Shown here piece by piece: positions 19,816 to 29,172 of a DNA stretch of 64,000 nucleotides. The position numbers and the translations under genes were made by a program. The DNA lies in IMG/VR virus record IMGVR_UViG_3300033066_001295, positions 64,001 to 128,000 of that record; one strand, 5' to 3'. The notes under the pieces are model-generated. The model was not told the DNA's origin, did not search any database, and worked only from the letters and a program-made list of their open reading frames with translations. Within the stretch, counting starts at the first letter, position 1, and every line of letters starts with the position of its first letter. This DNA is from a virus (taxonomy: Duplodnaviria > Caudoviricetes).

Positions 19816-20722
19816 AGACAAAAAAAGATCGTGGAATGGGCGTGTCACGTGATCTCGAATTGCTCGAAGCACGAGCGCATTCCTTTGGCAAAACTGGTGT
19901 GATTGAAGTGAGATGCCCGTCTGGAATATCAGTTTTACGTGTAAAGGACGCGCTCAAGTTGGCCAGCAATATCATCGAAGCAGTAAAAAAATGACAATCA
20001 CAGAAGGCCCTATAACATGGAAGGGGATTGAGCTTATCCCTGTTGGAACCAAAGTTGAACTGTTCAACAAGGAGTGGACCATAACATCACACCTTAGCTC
20101 ATACTATGCCCTCAAGTTTGAAGGACCGGGCTACATAGGAAAGACAACTGTCTCTTTCAACTCAACAGAACTGCTAAAGAAAAGCATAAGGCCATGATCA
20201 AGGTAACTGTAGAATTGGTTTCAGCAGTAGCTACACCGAGAATCCTATTCCTCGACGGTGATGAGATATGCAATGATGGCACAGGAGACAAAGACACTGG
20301 CAACTACAAGGTTACTTTATCAAAATTTGGCGGCTCAGGTATCTGGAAGAGAGGTGAAGTGAAAAACTTTGACCGCATGAATCGTGGTGCATGGGACCTT
20401 CTTTATGTTATACTTCACAAGCTAATAGGTGGAAGAAAAAATGAAAACACAACCTTCGCAGATAGTAGCAGTACTGAACAAAGTTGAGGAGCTATTCCCT
20501 CTTCCTGTTCGAGACAACCCACCATTCAAGGGTAACCACAGCATCACTCTTCAGGATGGTATATTGGTCATCACCATATGGTTCAAGAAGGGCGATAGGA
20601 TCATGGCACAGTCTTTTGCTTTTGAGGACGGAGAAACAAGCATCGAAGAAGACTTGGAAGAAATCAAGAACACTTGGGAAGACTGGCGATGGGAACGATT
20701 TCTCAAGAACACTGAATACTAG
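19812..20722 (+). other. Run of small hypothetical CDSs (19812-19994, 19991-20197, 20194-20487, 20441-20722)
   Basis: Overlapping co-oriented ORFs. Confidence 0.5.
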
Positions 20723-20750
20723 GCATCATCAAACTACTAAAGACTACTGA

Positions 20751-21320
20751 ATGAGAGTGATAGTTGCTGGCAGCAGAACTTGCAAAAAGTACCCCATCGT
20801 CAAGGAGGCTATAGAGCTATCTGGTTTCAAGCCAACGCTCATTATCAGTGGAACAGCTACAGGTGCAGACCGCTTCGGGGAAAAGTGGGCTGCCGAAAAT
20901 AACATACCTGTAGAACTATTCCCGGCAGACTGGTCACAGGGTAAAGGGGCCGGATACAGGAGAAATGAAGAGATGGCATCAAAAGCTGATGCCCTTGTTT
21001 GCTGCTGGGACGGAAAGAGCAAGGGCAGCAAACACATGATTGATATTGCCAAGCGTGTTGGCTTGAAAGTGTTTGTCCATGAGTTCAACCCAGAAATATA
21101 CTCTCTGAGACTACTCCCCTACTGGTCAAAGGTCACAATTAAAAGTGGTGAGACTCTTGAAAAATGGGTGGCTGGATACCACTGTCCAGCATGTAACAAG
21201 AGAGGTCAGTGGAGAACAGGTGTTTATTTTGACCACATGATGAGGTGCTTTAATGGGTGTGATCCAGCACCTATCTGGATTCCCGGAGAAACTTACCTCA
21301 AGTATGTTAAAAAGCTGTGA
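20751..21320 (+). CDS. SLOG-family (YspA/DUF2493-like) protein with C-terminal Zn ribbon
   Basis: VIVAGSR; IISGTATGAD; FPADW...AGYRRNEEM; WDGKSKGSKHMI. Confidence 0.85.
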   Translation: MRVIVAGSRTCKKYPIVKEAIELSGFKPTLIISGTATGADRFGEKWAAENNIPVELFPADWSQGKGAGYRRNEEMASKADALVCCWDGKSKGSKHMIDIAKRVGLKVFVHEFNPEIYSLRLLPYWSKVTIKSGETLEKWVAGYHCPACNKRGQWRTGVYFDHMMRCFNGCDPAPIWIPGETYLKYVKKL

Positions 21321-22137
21321 CAAAACTCTCCTGCCTCAGCCTTGAGTTATAGGCGGCAGTGTTGTCAAAACCTGCCTTTGAAGCTTGTGAGGCAGCCATG
21401 CTGGCACCCCATCCAGCTTTTCTCTCAGCAGCTTCTTTTTCGGCTGCTTCTGCCGCTTCGGCTGCGTTTCTGCTGTTAGACCTCAGCATGGCAATCTGCA
21501 TTGAGATACGCTTGTGATCCTCTGGAGTTGCTGTGTGAAGAAGAGCAGTAAGCTCAGCAATCTGTTTGGCTGTTTCTGGATCAGTCTGCCTGACAAACTT
21601 GCCACTATCATTGAACTCGTGCCACTCGTTGTCGTGAAAGTTGTCATCTTGAACCCACACTTTTCTGGCAGGCTTGTTGAGGTATGACGTTGTAGCTGTA
21701 GCAGCTTCAATCACCTTGGTTTTCCAGTCAGGATCAACCCTGATTACACTTCCATGAAAAGAGATGAGAACATTGTCTCCTGAAACCCATCCTCGACCGG
21801 GAGTCTTCAAGGCCAGTTTTGCTTCACGCCTCATCTGAAACTCTTTTGGATGTGCTGCAATCTCGTCATAACTGATTGTGTTAAACAGCCCGGTCCTGCC
21901 AATACTGACAAGCTCCTCATAATTTCTTGAATTCAAAGCAGACAGCTTGTTATGGGTCATGTAGCGCAATGGCTCACCAAAGACTAGCTCAACGTCGTCA
22001 GTGACTTCGTCTTGACCGGCAAAAACAATCTCCCCATTTATCCAGCCAAAGGTGACACAATTATTTTGAAAGGTGTGACGCTCAGTGTTGAATATCACTT
22101 CTTCGGCGTTCTCAAAAAGATGGATAAATTTTCCCAC
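21307..22137 (-). CDS. Hypothetical protein, FxxLFE-tagged (candidate internal head protein)
   Basis: Starts MGKFIHLFEN; preceded by GTATCTAT-N4. Confidence 0.65.
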   Translation of the reverse strand: MGKFIHLFENAEEVIFNTERHTFQNNCVTFGWINGEIVFAGQDEVTDDVELVFGEPLRYMTHNKLSALNSRNYEELVSIGRTGLFNTISYDEIAAHPKEFQMRREAKLALKTPGRGWVSGDNVLISFHGSVIRVDPDWKTKVIEAATATTSYLNKPARKVWVQDDNFHDNEWHEFNDSGKFVRQTDPETAKQIAELTALLHTATPEDHKRISMQIAMLRSNSRNAAEAAEAAEKEAAERKAGWGASMAASQASKAGFDNTAAYNSRLRQESFVTAF

Positions 22138-22141
22138 ACTG

Positions 22142-22149
22142 ATAGATAC
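22142..22149 (-). promoter_or_regulatory. Candidate late promoter motif GTAnnTAT
   Basis: GTATCTAT-CAGT-GTG(22137). Confidence 0.45.
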
Positions 22150-22171
22150 GTCAAACAGTGGTCACATCAGG

Positions 22172-22199
22172 TTGACACAAGTCCTACTTCTGTTATATT
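22172..22199 (+). promoter_or_regulatory. Sigma70-type early promoter
   Basis: TTGACA-N16-TATATT-N5-ATG(22205). Confidence 0.7.
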
Positions 22200-22204
22200 T
22201 TACC

Positions 22205-22618
22205 ATGAGAGAAGCCCTTCGCCCTCGCCGCCAACTGAAAGAGTTCATGAGCAGTTGTGAAAACCGCAAGTGGCTCAACGTAGGCTTTGGAAAAATCTAT
22301 GTCAGAAAGTCAAAGCGCATCTTTGAAAATGAAATGCACTCAGCTTTCGATGTGGCCACAATTGAAGTGAAAGAGGGAAGGCGTGGAAAGGGGCTTTTCA
22401 CCAATTGGCTAAACACTGTGGAAAAGTTCTGTGATGAACTAAACTTACCTGTGTACATTGAGAATGTTCACGAAGAGAGGTTCAGGAAGTTCTTCGAGAA
22501 GCAAGGCTACTTGCCAAGCCACACATGGGCCTGCTATTACAAGCCACCGTCTAGCTGGCACAAGCCTCAAGCTCAAGCTTTAGCTGACCCGGATGGTGCT
22601 GCTCATGAGCCTTCTTAG
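22205..22618 (+). CDS. GNAT acetyltransferase
   Basis: IEVKEGRRGKGLF acetyl-CoA loop; FFEKQGY; start set by the promoter. Confidence 0.7.
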   Translation: MREALRPRRQLKEFMSSCENRKWLNVGFGKIYVRKSKRIFENEMHSAFDVATIEVKEGRRGKGLFTNWLNTVEKFCDELNLPVYIENVHEERFRKFFEKQGYLPSHTWACYYKPPSSWHKPQAQALADPDGAAHEPS

Positions 22619-23051
22619 CTAAAGGGCAGTCAAGAAGACAGCGTTGCTCAGTTCTCGGGTTCTCTACGCAGACACCGATAAACCTTTCAGGCTTGCCTGT
22701 GCTCTTGCTATATGTAAACCGCCCGATACCCCTGATTACTTTGTGAGGATCAGAGGCAAGTCTGTAACAGCAGTTGAACTTTCCGCCCTTGGCAATTACG
22801 TCACTGATGCACTTGTTCACAGTTGGCAGGTCTTCAGGATGGACAAGCTTAGCAAAGTCCTCAAAAGTGCTTCCAAAGACTTGGTCAAGGTTAAAAAGCT
22901 CGTGCATCCTTCGGTCCCACACAAGTTTGTTCGTGTCTATATCCCAATCCCATACGCCTATCATGCCCACATCGAGGGCTAGCCTGAGACGTTCTTCAGC
23001 ACGACCTATCTGCTCACTAAGCTCTTCAAGTGTTCTCAAATTATCTGACAT
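22551..23051 (-). CDS. Stand-alone PAS (PAS_3-like) domain protein
   Basis: RLRLALDVGMIGVWDWDI...WDRRMHELF...VHPEDL...YRL...RFIG. Confidence 0.8.
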   Translation of the reverse strand: MSDNLRTLEELSEQIGRAEERLRLALDVGMIGVWDWDIDTNKLVWDRRMHELFNLDQVFGSTFEDFAKLVHPEDLPTVNKCISDVIAKGGKFNCCYRLASDPHKVIRGIGRFTYSKSTGKPERFIGVCVENPRTEQRCLLDCPLAKKAHEQHHPGQLKLELEACAS

Positions 23052-23059
23052 ACCTGAGA

Positions 23060-23329
23060 TTATTTGGAGGCATGTGAGAATACCCAAGCTATTAAGACCG
23101 CTACTGTCTGTGCTGCCGCATATACTCCGATGAGCATGTACTTCCAGTTTTCGAGTTTTGTCACGCGACTGCTTAGAGCCTCCGCGTGACTTTGGCGAAA
23201 AAAATTTTCTTTGATGTTATGGATGTCTTCCTGAATACTGGATACTGCCTTTCTCAGGTGTGAAATATCATCCCCAAGACGATTCCTGTATTCTTGCCGA
23301 AGTTGGGCCAGTTCTTCTTCGTTAGACAT
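23060..23329 (-). CDS. Coiled-coil protein with C-terminal TM (XhlA/holin-like)
   Basis: Heptad region, RVTKLENWK, then a hydrophobic C-terminus. Confidence 0.5.
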   Translation of the reverse strand: MSNEEELAQLRQEYRNRLGDDISHLRKAVSSIQEDIHNIKENFFRQSHAEALSSRVTKLENWKYMLIGVYAAAQTVAVLIAWVFSHASK

Positions 23330-23349
23330 ATCACTTTTTGAGGTCACTT

Positions 23350-23363
23350 GTATTTATACATAC
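23350..23363. promoter_or_regulatory. Overlapping divergent GTAnnTAT motifs
   Basis: GTATTTAT (+, 23350-57) 8 nt before ATG 23366; GTATGTAT (-, 23363-56) 8 nt before GTG 23347; also contains TATAAATA on -. Confidence 0.4.
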
Positions 23364-23365
23364 AG

Positions 23366-25540
23366 ATGAACCTATCCTTTCTGGAACTTTTTGAGACTGA
23401 GGCGACTGAAGCTGAGCTTATTGAGTCTGATAGTGTTATCATTGGCTGCACTAATCGAGATTTCTCCAGCAGGTCGAGGACAATACCGGCAGGTTCATTT
23501 TCAAGAGATGACATGTTTGGTCGTTACACGCACGAAAACTTGAGACTTGATGATGATTTCAACTGGAGATACCGTCCAGATACACGAACACTCTACTGGT
23601 GGACACCTCCAGTAGATGAGGAATACACCACTGCTGTCATTGCTTATATCAGGAAAAAAACAGGATCGGAACCACTGAGGCAAAAGAATGTTGAGTCCGA
23701 GCTATCACTTGCTCACGGTCTCAAAAATCCTGTAAAGGCAGAGAGCATCTTGTCTGAAGATTTTACAGACAGGCTGAAGTGGGTGGTTAATAATGAAAAA
23801 AACCCTGTAACAGCCTTCCTAACGCTTGATGCTGTTATAAGTAATAGGCCATCTTATGCTAGTGATATTAGGAAAGGTGCAGAGCAAGTCGCATCTGATA
23901 TGAGGTCACTTGCCAATGACAACTACGACCCAAGTATTCCTGAGACCAACACCCTTACAGATGCTCAAGTTCTTGAGAAGCTGAAACAGATGTTGGATGA
24001 ATGGCTGAGCACAGGCAAGTGGTATGATGACAGTGTGATCCCAGACAGAAGTCCTGTTGAAAAACTTGTCGGCTGGATACACAACTGGATGAGGAAAGGT
24101 GTTGAAGCAACGAACGAGATCAAAACCTTCATCAGGTTCAAGAATGAAATAGCAGACTGGTTCATGGCTACACGGCCAAACATCATGAGCCTGAAGCCAT
24201 CTCAAGCGGCAGCCAGATCACACAGGTGGCACGCTGCAATGGCGCGGAAGGACGCTGAGAGGATTGCCATCGAGGGCACAAAGCACCTGAAGAAGGTTGC
24301 TGAGTTGGGTGACGGTGTGGAAATATATGAACTTACAGTTAATGACCTGAAGGACGAAGGTTCCACCATGAAACACTGTATTGGGCGGATGCCACGTTAC
24401 ACTGATGGTATTACCAAAGGAACCAACAAAGCTTTCTCAATCAGGAGAGATGGCAAGAGGCTCTACACCGTCTTTACTACAACTGACAAAGGTAACATAG
24501 GTGGCCACAGCTTTGAATCACTACCGACAATCGAGCAGTTCAAGGCCAAGACTAACCTCATACCCGGCCAGAAGGGAACTGACATAGAGGCTGCCGTGGC
24601 TGCAAAGAAATGGTTCAAGTCGCAGGGGTACTATGTCAAGTGTCATGACCTCCACATATTGGCACTTGATGAATCGGTGGCTGAGTCTCTTCTTGCTGAA
24701 ATGCCTGTTGGCAAATTTGAGCTTATTGGTGATTGGTCACCGGGAGCAAAGCCACGTGGTTATGACAAGCCGTCCATTGGTATCGTAACCAGTCAGGCTG
24801 GTGTGGAAAAGATCAGGCAGAAGTGGGCGAAAGTAAATGAAACATTTGATATTTACTTGGTAAGATCACCGAAAGGCTACAAGCATGTTGAGGTGGGTGA
24901 GGTATCGCCGGAATGGGTGCAGAAAAATCTTGGCATCAACCTTGAATATGACGATGACAAGATCACAATGATCTACACCAACAACAAGGGTTCAGAAAAG
25001 GTTCCGATGACTCCTTGGACACTGGCTCACAGATTTGGTCATGCAAGTTCGAGGATGTTCAAAGACAGTAGCTACACAAAAGATGAGTCAAACCCTGTCA
25101 TGCACTTCACCCGTCAGCTTGACTCTAGTCTTACCAAGATAGCTCAGGTTGTTTATGGGATCAGCCAGTTCAAGGACTACTATGGTGGGTATTCTGGATC
25201 ATCAAACTACCCAAGAAAAGAGGTAATCTTCAGACAGATATGTCAAAATCTTGGGACCATGAAAAGTTGCCGAGATGGCAACCTACGAAACTGGGGAGAG
25301 TTTGCTTTTGAGGTGCTTGCCCAGTATATGATCACAGGTAAAGTATCACTGAACAGGAACCTTAGCAGTGTTCTTGCCACCAGCTTTGCATGGGGCAGAC
25401 CACAAGGGCCTTGGAAAAGGAGTATGTCACCAGAACAGCAAATAGCTGTTGAGGGTATCATTGATGACCTTGAGATGGAGGCTGAAAACTATGCTTTTGA
25501 AACCTTAAAGAGGGCAATTGGCCGAATTTATGTCATGTAG
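23366..25540 (+). CDS. Multi-domain FxxLFE-tagged protein containing a PcfJ-like domain
   Basis: MNLSFLELFETE; LKDEGSTMKHCIG..Y...FSIRRDG...IEQFK; C-terminal WTLAHRFGH metallopeptidase-like motif lacking Glu. Confidence 0.7.
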   Translation: MNLSFLELFETEATEAELIESDSVIIGCTNRDFSSRSRTIPAGSFSRDDMFGRYTHENLRLDDDFNWRYRPDTRTLYWWTPPVDEEYTTAVIAYIRKKTGSEPLRQKNVESELSLAHGLKNPVKAESILSEDFTDRLKWVVNNEKNPVTAFLTLDAVISNRPSYASDIRKGAEQVASDMRSLANDNYDPSIPETNTLTDAQVLEKLKQMLDEWLSTGKWYDDSVIPDRSPVEKLVGWIHNWMRKGVEATNEIKTFIRFKNEIADWFMATRPNIMSLKPSQAAARSHRWHAAMARKDAERIAIEGTKHLKKVAELGDGVEIYELTVNDLKDEGSTMKHCIGRMPRYTDGITKGTNKAFSIRRDGKRLYTVFTTTDKGNIGGHSFESLPTIEQFKAKTNLIPGQKGTDIEAAVAAKKWFKSQGYYVKCHDLHILALDESVAESLLAEMPVGKFELIGDWSPGAKPRGYDKPSIGIVTSQAGVEKIRQKWAKVNETFDIYLVRSPKGYKHVEVGEVSPEWVQKNLGINLEYDDDKITMIYTNNKGSEKVPMTPWTLAHRFGHASSRMFKDSSYTKDESNPVMHFTRQLDSSLTKIAQVVYGISQFKDYYGGYSGSSNYPRKEVIFRQICQNLGTMKSCRDGNLRNWGEFAFEVLAQYMITGKVSLNRNLSSVLATSFAWGRPQGPWKRSMSPEQQIAVEGIIDDLEMEAENYAFETLKRAIGRIYVM

Positions 25541-26060
25541 TTTTACCGGTCTGTTTGAGTCGAGCAACCCTTGGCTTAGTGTGAAGCAGTCAAGAACTGC
25601 TGAAGAGGCTGAGGCATGTCTCAAACAATTTGAGCAGGCTTGGGGCAGATATAGCACTGCTTTCTATATCAGCCCGAATGAGATCATCAAAGTGAGTCCT
25701 GAAGACAAAGCCTTCGCTGCCTTTGCCATGATGTGCCATAGAGGAAATAACAGCTTGTTTCCAAAGGTGTTTGACTTTGTGTCCCTGCCTGATGGCACGT
25801 TTTGTTGCAGGATGGAGAGAGTGACGCCTCTAATCAAATTCAAGGATGCCTATAGTGTCGAAGAGTTGGTTGATTGCCTTAGTGACGGCAGTGAGGTTCC
25901 AGTAGAGTATGATGGGCTGATGCAAAGTCTCCACTTCACCGAGAGTGACCTTGACTCATTTATAACACAAGTATCAAGCCTTGGTAAGAATGATATTCAT
26001 GTTAACAACATGGGCAGGCGCAAAGACGGATCGCTAGTTATTTTTGACCCTATAAACTGA
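25530..26060 (+). CDS. Protein kinase-like (ePK/APH fold), FxxLFE-tagged
   Basis: IIKV, FPKVF, RMERV, DIHVNN catalytic loop, IFDP. Confidence 0.7.
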   Translation: MSCSFTGLFESSNPWLSVKQSRTAEEAEACLKQFEQAWGRYSTAFYISPNEIIKVSPEDKAFAAFAMMCHRGNNSLFPKVFDFVSLPDGTFCCRMERVTPLIKFKDAYSVEELVDCLSDGSEVPVEYDGLMQSLHFTESDLDSFITQVSSLGKNDIHVNNMGRRKDGSLVIFDPIN

Positions 26061-26481
26061 TGGCTAGGTCTTTTCTCAACTTATTTGAAACAAGTGACGT
26101 TGCTGTCATAAAGTCTTTCATTAGAAGATATGTGCCTGAGAATGGTGGGTTGCAAGCTTGCCGTCATGGTGGTTGCTTTGAATTTGTGGAAGCGTTTATA
26201 GCTGAACATGACGATGCTGAAATGTGGGAGACACTTGAGCTAGATGATAGCCATGTCGGTCTCCCCTTAGTGATGTCTTTTGAACTGGTGAATCAACTGA
26301 TTGCAAGTGAGAAACAAAAAGCCAAAAATCCAGCAAATGTTGAGTATGTCACTGACATAGGTATCACTGGTGGGCACGCTGGCACAAATATGTTTTTGAT
26401 GCTGCTGGCATCTCGTCATTTGAAGCTATAACAAAGTATTTTGACTCCTTGTCAAATGTTCACTGGGTACGAACAACATAG
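26060..26481 (+). pseudogene. Papain-fold-like protein, FxxLFE-tagged, with an apparent frameshift near 26380
   Basis: GGCFEF...GGHA; the -1 frame continues WHKYVFDAAG to TAG 26481, 12 nt before the next gene. Confidence 0.5.
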
Positions 26482-26493
26482 GAGCACGAAGTC

Positions 26494-28599
26494 ATGATCA
26501 TCTACAGAGGAGTAAGTGCACATCAAAGACCAGCACCGGGGTGGTTCTATCATCCTGATATTGAGTTTGCACGTCAATTCACTCAGAGCGGTCAATTCAA
26601 TGAGATACTGAAAGCTGAACTTCAGGATGATGCAATCTATTACCATGACCCACTTCCTTACGGTGGTGACCCTGATGAAGTTGATGGTGTTATCGAGTTG
26701 GCCAAAGCTGCTGGCAAGTATGCTGTAGCTTGTGACGAAGGCGGCGGATATGAGCCTTCCATACTGGTGTTGAAGTCAGCACTGGCAAAGCGTGTGATGA
26801 GGTTGCTTGGTAGATGCACAGAGATGGACGAATCAACAAGCCTAGTTGAGGTCCACTATAGTGATGCCTTCCCAAAAGCATTCAATGAGTTTTATGCCAA
26901 ATGGAAGGGCAAGAAGTCCGATCCTAACCTCTATGTCAGGTTTGACAATGGCAACACCACAGATTCTCTATCCAGAGGTGCTAGCAGCAATCCAAGCCAC
27001 AGTGATCCAATTGGAACTTACGCTTACCCTTTGAAGTATGTTATCGACCATCCCGGAGACATCTGGTACGGACATAACAGCAAGTTCATCAAGGTTATCA
27101 GGAACAAAGCCAAGAACAAGCTGCTTCTCAGCAGTCTTGAATGGTGGAGAATGAAAAACCTGTTTTTCAGGTCAAGCATCAAAAATGACTTGGAACAGGC
27201 AGCCACATACTACCCTGACAGGGCTAAGGGTGTAACTGGTCCGGGAAAGATATTCATGTCAGCGGTTCAGATGAACTTCGATGACGCTGACCCACCAAGA
27301 AGCAAAAGAAAAGATGGCTACAAAGCTCCGGTGATACGGAGCAGTGAGGACCAGACAAGACGTATTTTGAGCCTTGGCATTGATGCTCTTGAGGATAGGG
27401 CCTCACGCTTGTCCCAAGCATCCATCAACGACCGTGAGCCTGAACAGATTGTGTGGCTCAGGCCGACTTCATTTGAAATACTTGATACATTCAGGCTGTC
27501 AGACCCCAAAACTCACCGGTCACAAGTCATTCTCGATGCTGACAGGATAAAGAGAAAAATAGCCGCCTTGGTAGCAGGTATCATGGGTGATGGTTTGAAG
27601 GACCATGAGAAGAACAGCAATGACTATTGGACCACGAAGGAGCGTAGGATAAACATCGAGCACTACGACTCGTCCCTTCAATGGCGAATGCAGAACCTGA
27701 AGATGGGGCAGAAGAAGCACAAGATGTTCAAGAAGTCGGAAAAAACCGGCTTCAAGGTCAACATTGACAGTGAGAGAGGCAAGTTTGCCTTCACCGTTTT
27801 CTCAGATGATAAAATCAAGCCAGCCCTTGGAGTATTTGCCATTAACTGGAAAAACTCCCCGGAGCAAGACTCTGGGGAATGCTACTCATTGGCAAGACAG
27901 AAAGCGGAGGAGAAAGCAGAACGTGATGCTAGGTGGGCCGAAGAAAGGATAAAAGAGGATCAGCGAATTATTGAGATATGGCCAAGCCAGATAATGGGTA
28001 GGTACAACATGCTGGCTAAAAGGTTGAATTTGCCGTTGATCCCGCCTAATCTTGACAATGACACTATCACCACCACTTACAGGGGAATGCTATCAAAAGA
28101 CTTTGATGATGTCTTAACCGGAGGTAGAGCTTACCTGCCAGCCCTTAAAGGTTATGAAGAGCTTGTTAAGGTAGCTGCCACGGGTGGTGGAAGACCAGCC
28201 AGAATACCACAGCACTTGATGAATGACGTGAACAACATTTTGACAAGGGACGTGAACGAATCAGAACAAGTTTGCAGAGCGGTCGATCTTGACGGGACAC
28301 TGGCTCATTATGACGGCTGGAAAGGCGAGCACCACATAGGCGAGCCTGTACCCAAGATGCTCGATAACGTGAAGACGTGGCTGAAGCAGGGCGACAGGGT
28401 TGTCATCTTCACCGCCAGAGCAAAGACGGATTCAGCCAAGAGCCATATCAAAAAGTGGTTGTCGAAGCATGGTCTCCCAGAGCTTGAGATAACTAACGTG
28501 AAGACACCAAAAATGGACTTCTTCTATGATGACAAGGCTGTTGGGATTGCTGCCAACACTGGCCTGCCTTCACTTAGCTTTGTCAAAATGTTTGAATGA
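26494..28599 (+). CDS. Multi-domain protein: two ADP-ribosyltransferase-like modules plus a C-terminal HAD phosphatase
   Basis: IYRGVS..GWFY; LYVRF..PIGTYAYPL..EPEQIVW (ART-like, tentative); AVDLDGTL..IFTAR..YDDKA (HAD, clear). Confidence 0.65.
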   Translation: MIIYRGVSAHQRPAPGWFYHPDIEFARQFTQSGQFNEILKAELQDDAIYYHDPLPYGGDPDEVDGVIELAKAAGKYAVACDEGGGYEPSILVLKSALAKRVMRLLGRCTEMDESTSLVEVHYSDAFPKAFNEFYAKWKGKKSDPNLYVRFDNGNTTDSLSRGASSNPSHSDPIGTYAYPLKYVIDHPGDIWYGHNSKFIKVIRNKAKNKLLLSSLEWWRMKNLFFRSSIKNDLEQAATYYPDRAKGVTGPGKIFMSAVQMNFDDADPPRSKRKDGYKAPVIRSSEDQTRRILSLGIDALEDRASRLSQASINDREPEQIVWLRPTSFEILDTFRLSDPKTHRSQVILDADRIKRKIAALVAGIMGDGLKDHEKNSNDYWTTKERRINIEHYDSSLQWRMQNLKMGQKKHKMFKKSEKTGFKVNIDSERGKFAFTVFSDDKIKPALGVFAINWKNSPEQDSGECYSLARQKAEEKAERDARWAEERIKEDQRIIEIWPSQIMGRYNMLAKRLNLPLIPPNLDNDTITTTYRGMLSKDFDDVLTGGRAYLPALKGYEELVKVAATGGGRPARIPQHLMNDVNNILTRDVNESEQVCRAVDLDGTLAHYDGWKGEHHIGEPVPKMLDNVKTWLKQGDRVVIFTARAKTDSAKSHIKKWLSKHGLPELEITNVKTPKMDFFYDDKAVGIAANTGLPSLSFVKMFE

Positions 28600-28740
28600 A
28601 CCCTGAACGCAGATACTACGCTGTCAGCAAACAAGGCTGGGACCTAAACTGGCACGCTCATTTCCGTTTTGAAGACGGTCGGGAGTCATGGGACCTCATA
28701 ACAAAAGAGGAGGCCCTGAAGATAGCTGAGGAGCTTGATG

Positions 28741-29172
28741 CTAAGCTGATGGAGAGTCCCCTTCACCGGAAGGGCTGAGTTCAGCCAAGATGCTGCCAGT
28801 GTCGAGCCAGTGCTGAAGATGCTTGACCAGCCTGCGGACCTGCTTCTCGTTCAGGTGCATCCGGGTGTGTAACAGAACCTCCTTCGGAAGTGGGTATGGC
28901 ACCCACCCTGTAGGCTGTCCGTTGAGAAACTCGGTCCCTTCCGGCAACTTCATTCCTAGCTTGAGAGCCTCGCGTCCAAGGATTTCTGGTTTACCGTCAT
29001 CTATGCCAAGCCATATCCAGCCAAGAGGATCGTCCACGCTGCCGTCTGCATTCTCACAGACAGCCCTTGAGCTTTCCTGAATGGAGCACGGAAGATTGTA
29101 CTCATCCTCGAAGTTGACGATCTCAAAACCCCTGTTTGTTCTGCCTTGCGGCCAGTCTTTTTCTTGCTTCAT
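28741..29172 (-). CDS. Phage hypothetical protein
   Basis: TNRGF...FED.Y...CSIQESS...IWLG...RMHL. Confidence 0.7.
   Translation of the reverse strand: MKQEKDWPQGRTNRGFEIVNFEDEYNLPCSIQESSRAVCENADGSVDDPLGWIWLGIDDGKPEILGREALKLGMKLPEGTEFLNGQPTGWVPYPLPKEVLLHTRMHLNEKQVRRLVKHLQHWLDTGSILAELSPSGEGDSPSA

Noticed and set aside
21490-21507. Possible self-target of the array unit at 42657
   Set aside because: Only about 13/18 matches by eye; not distinguishable from chance without a systematic search
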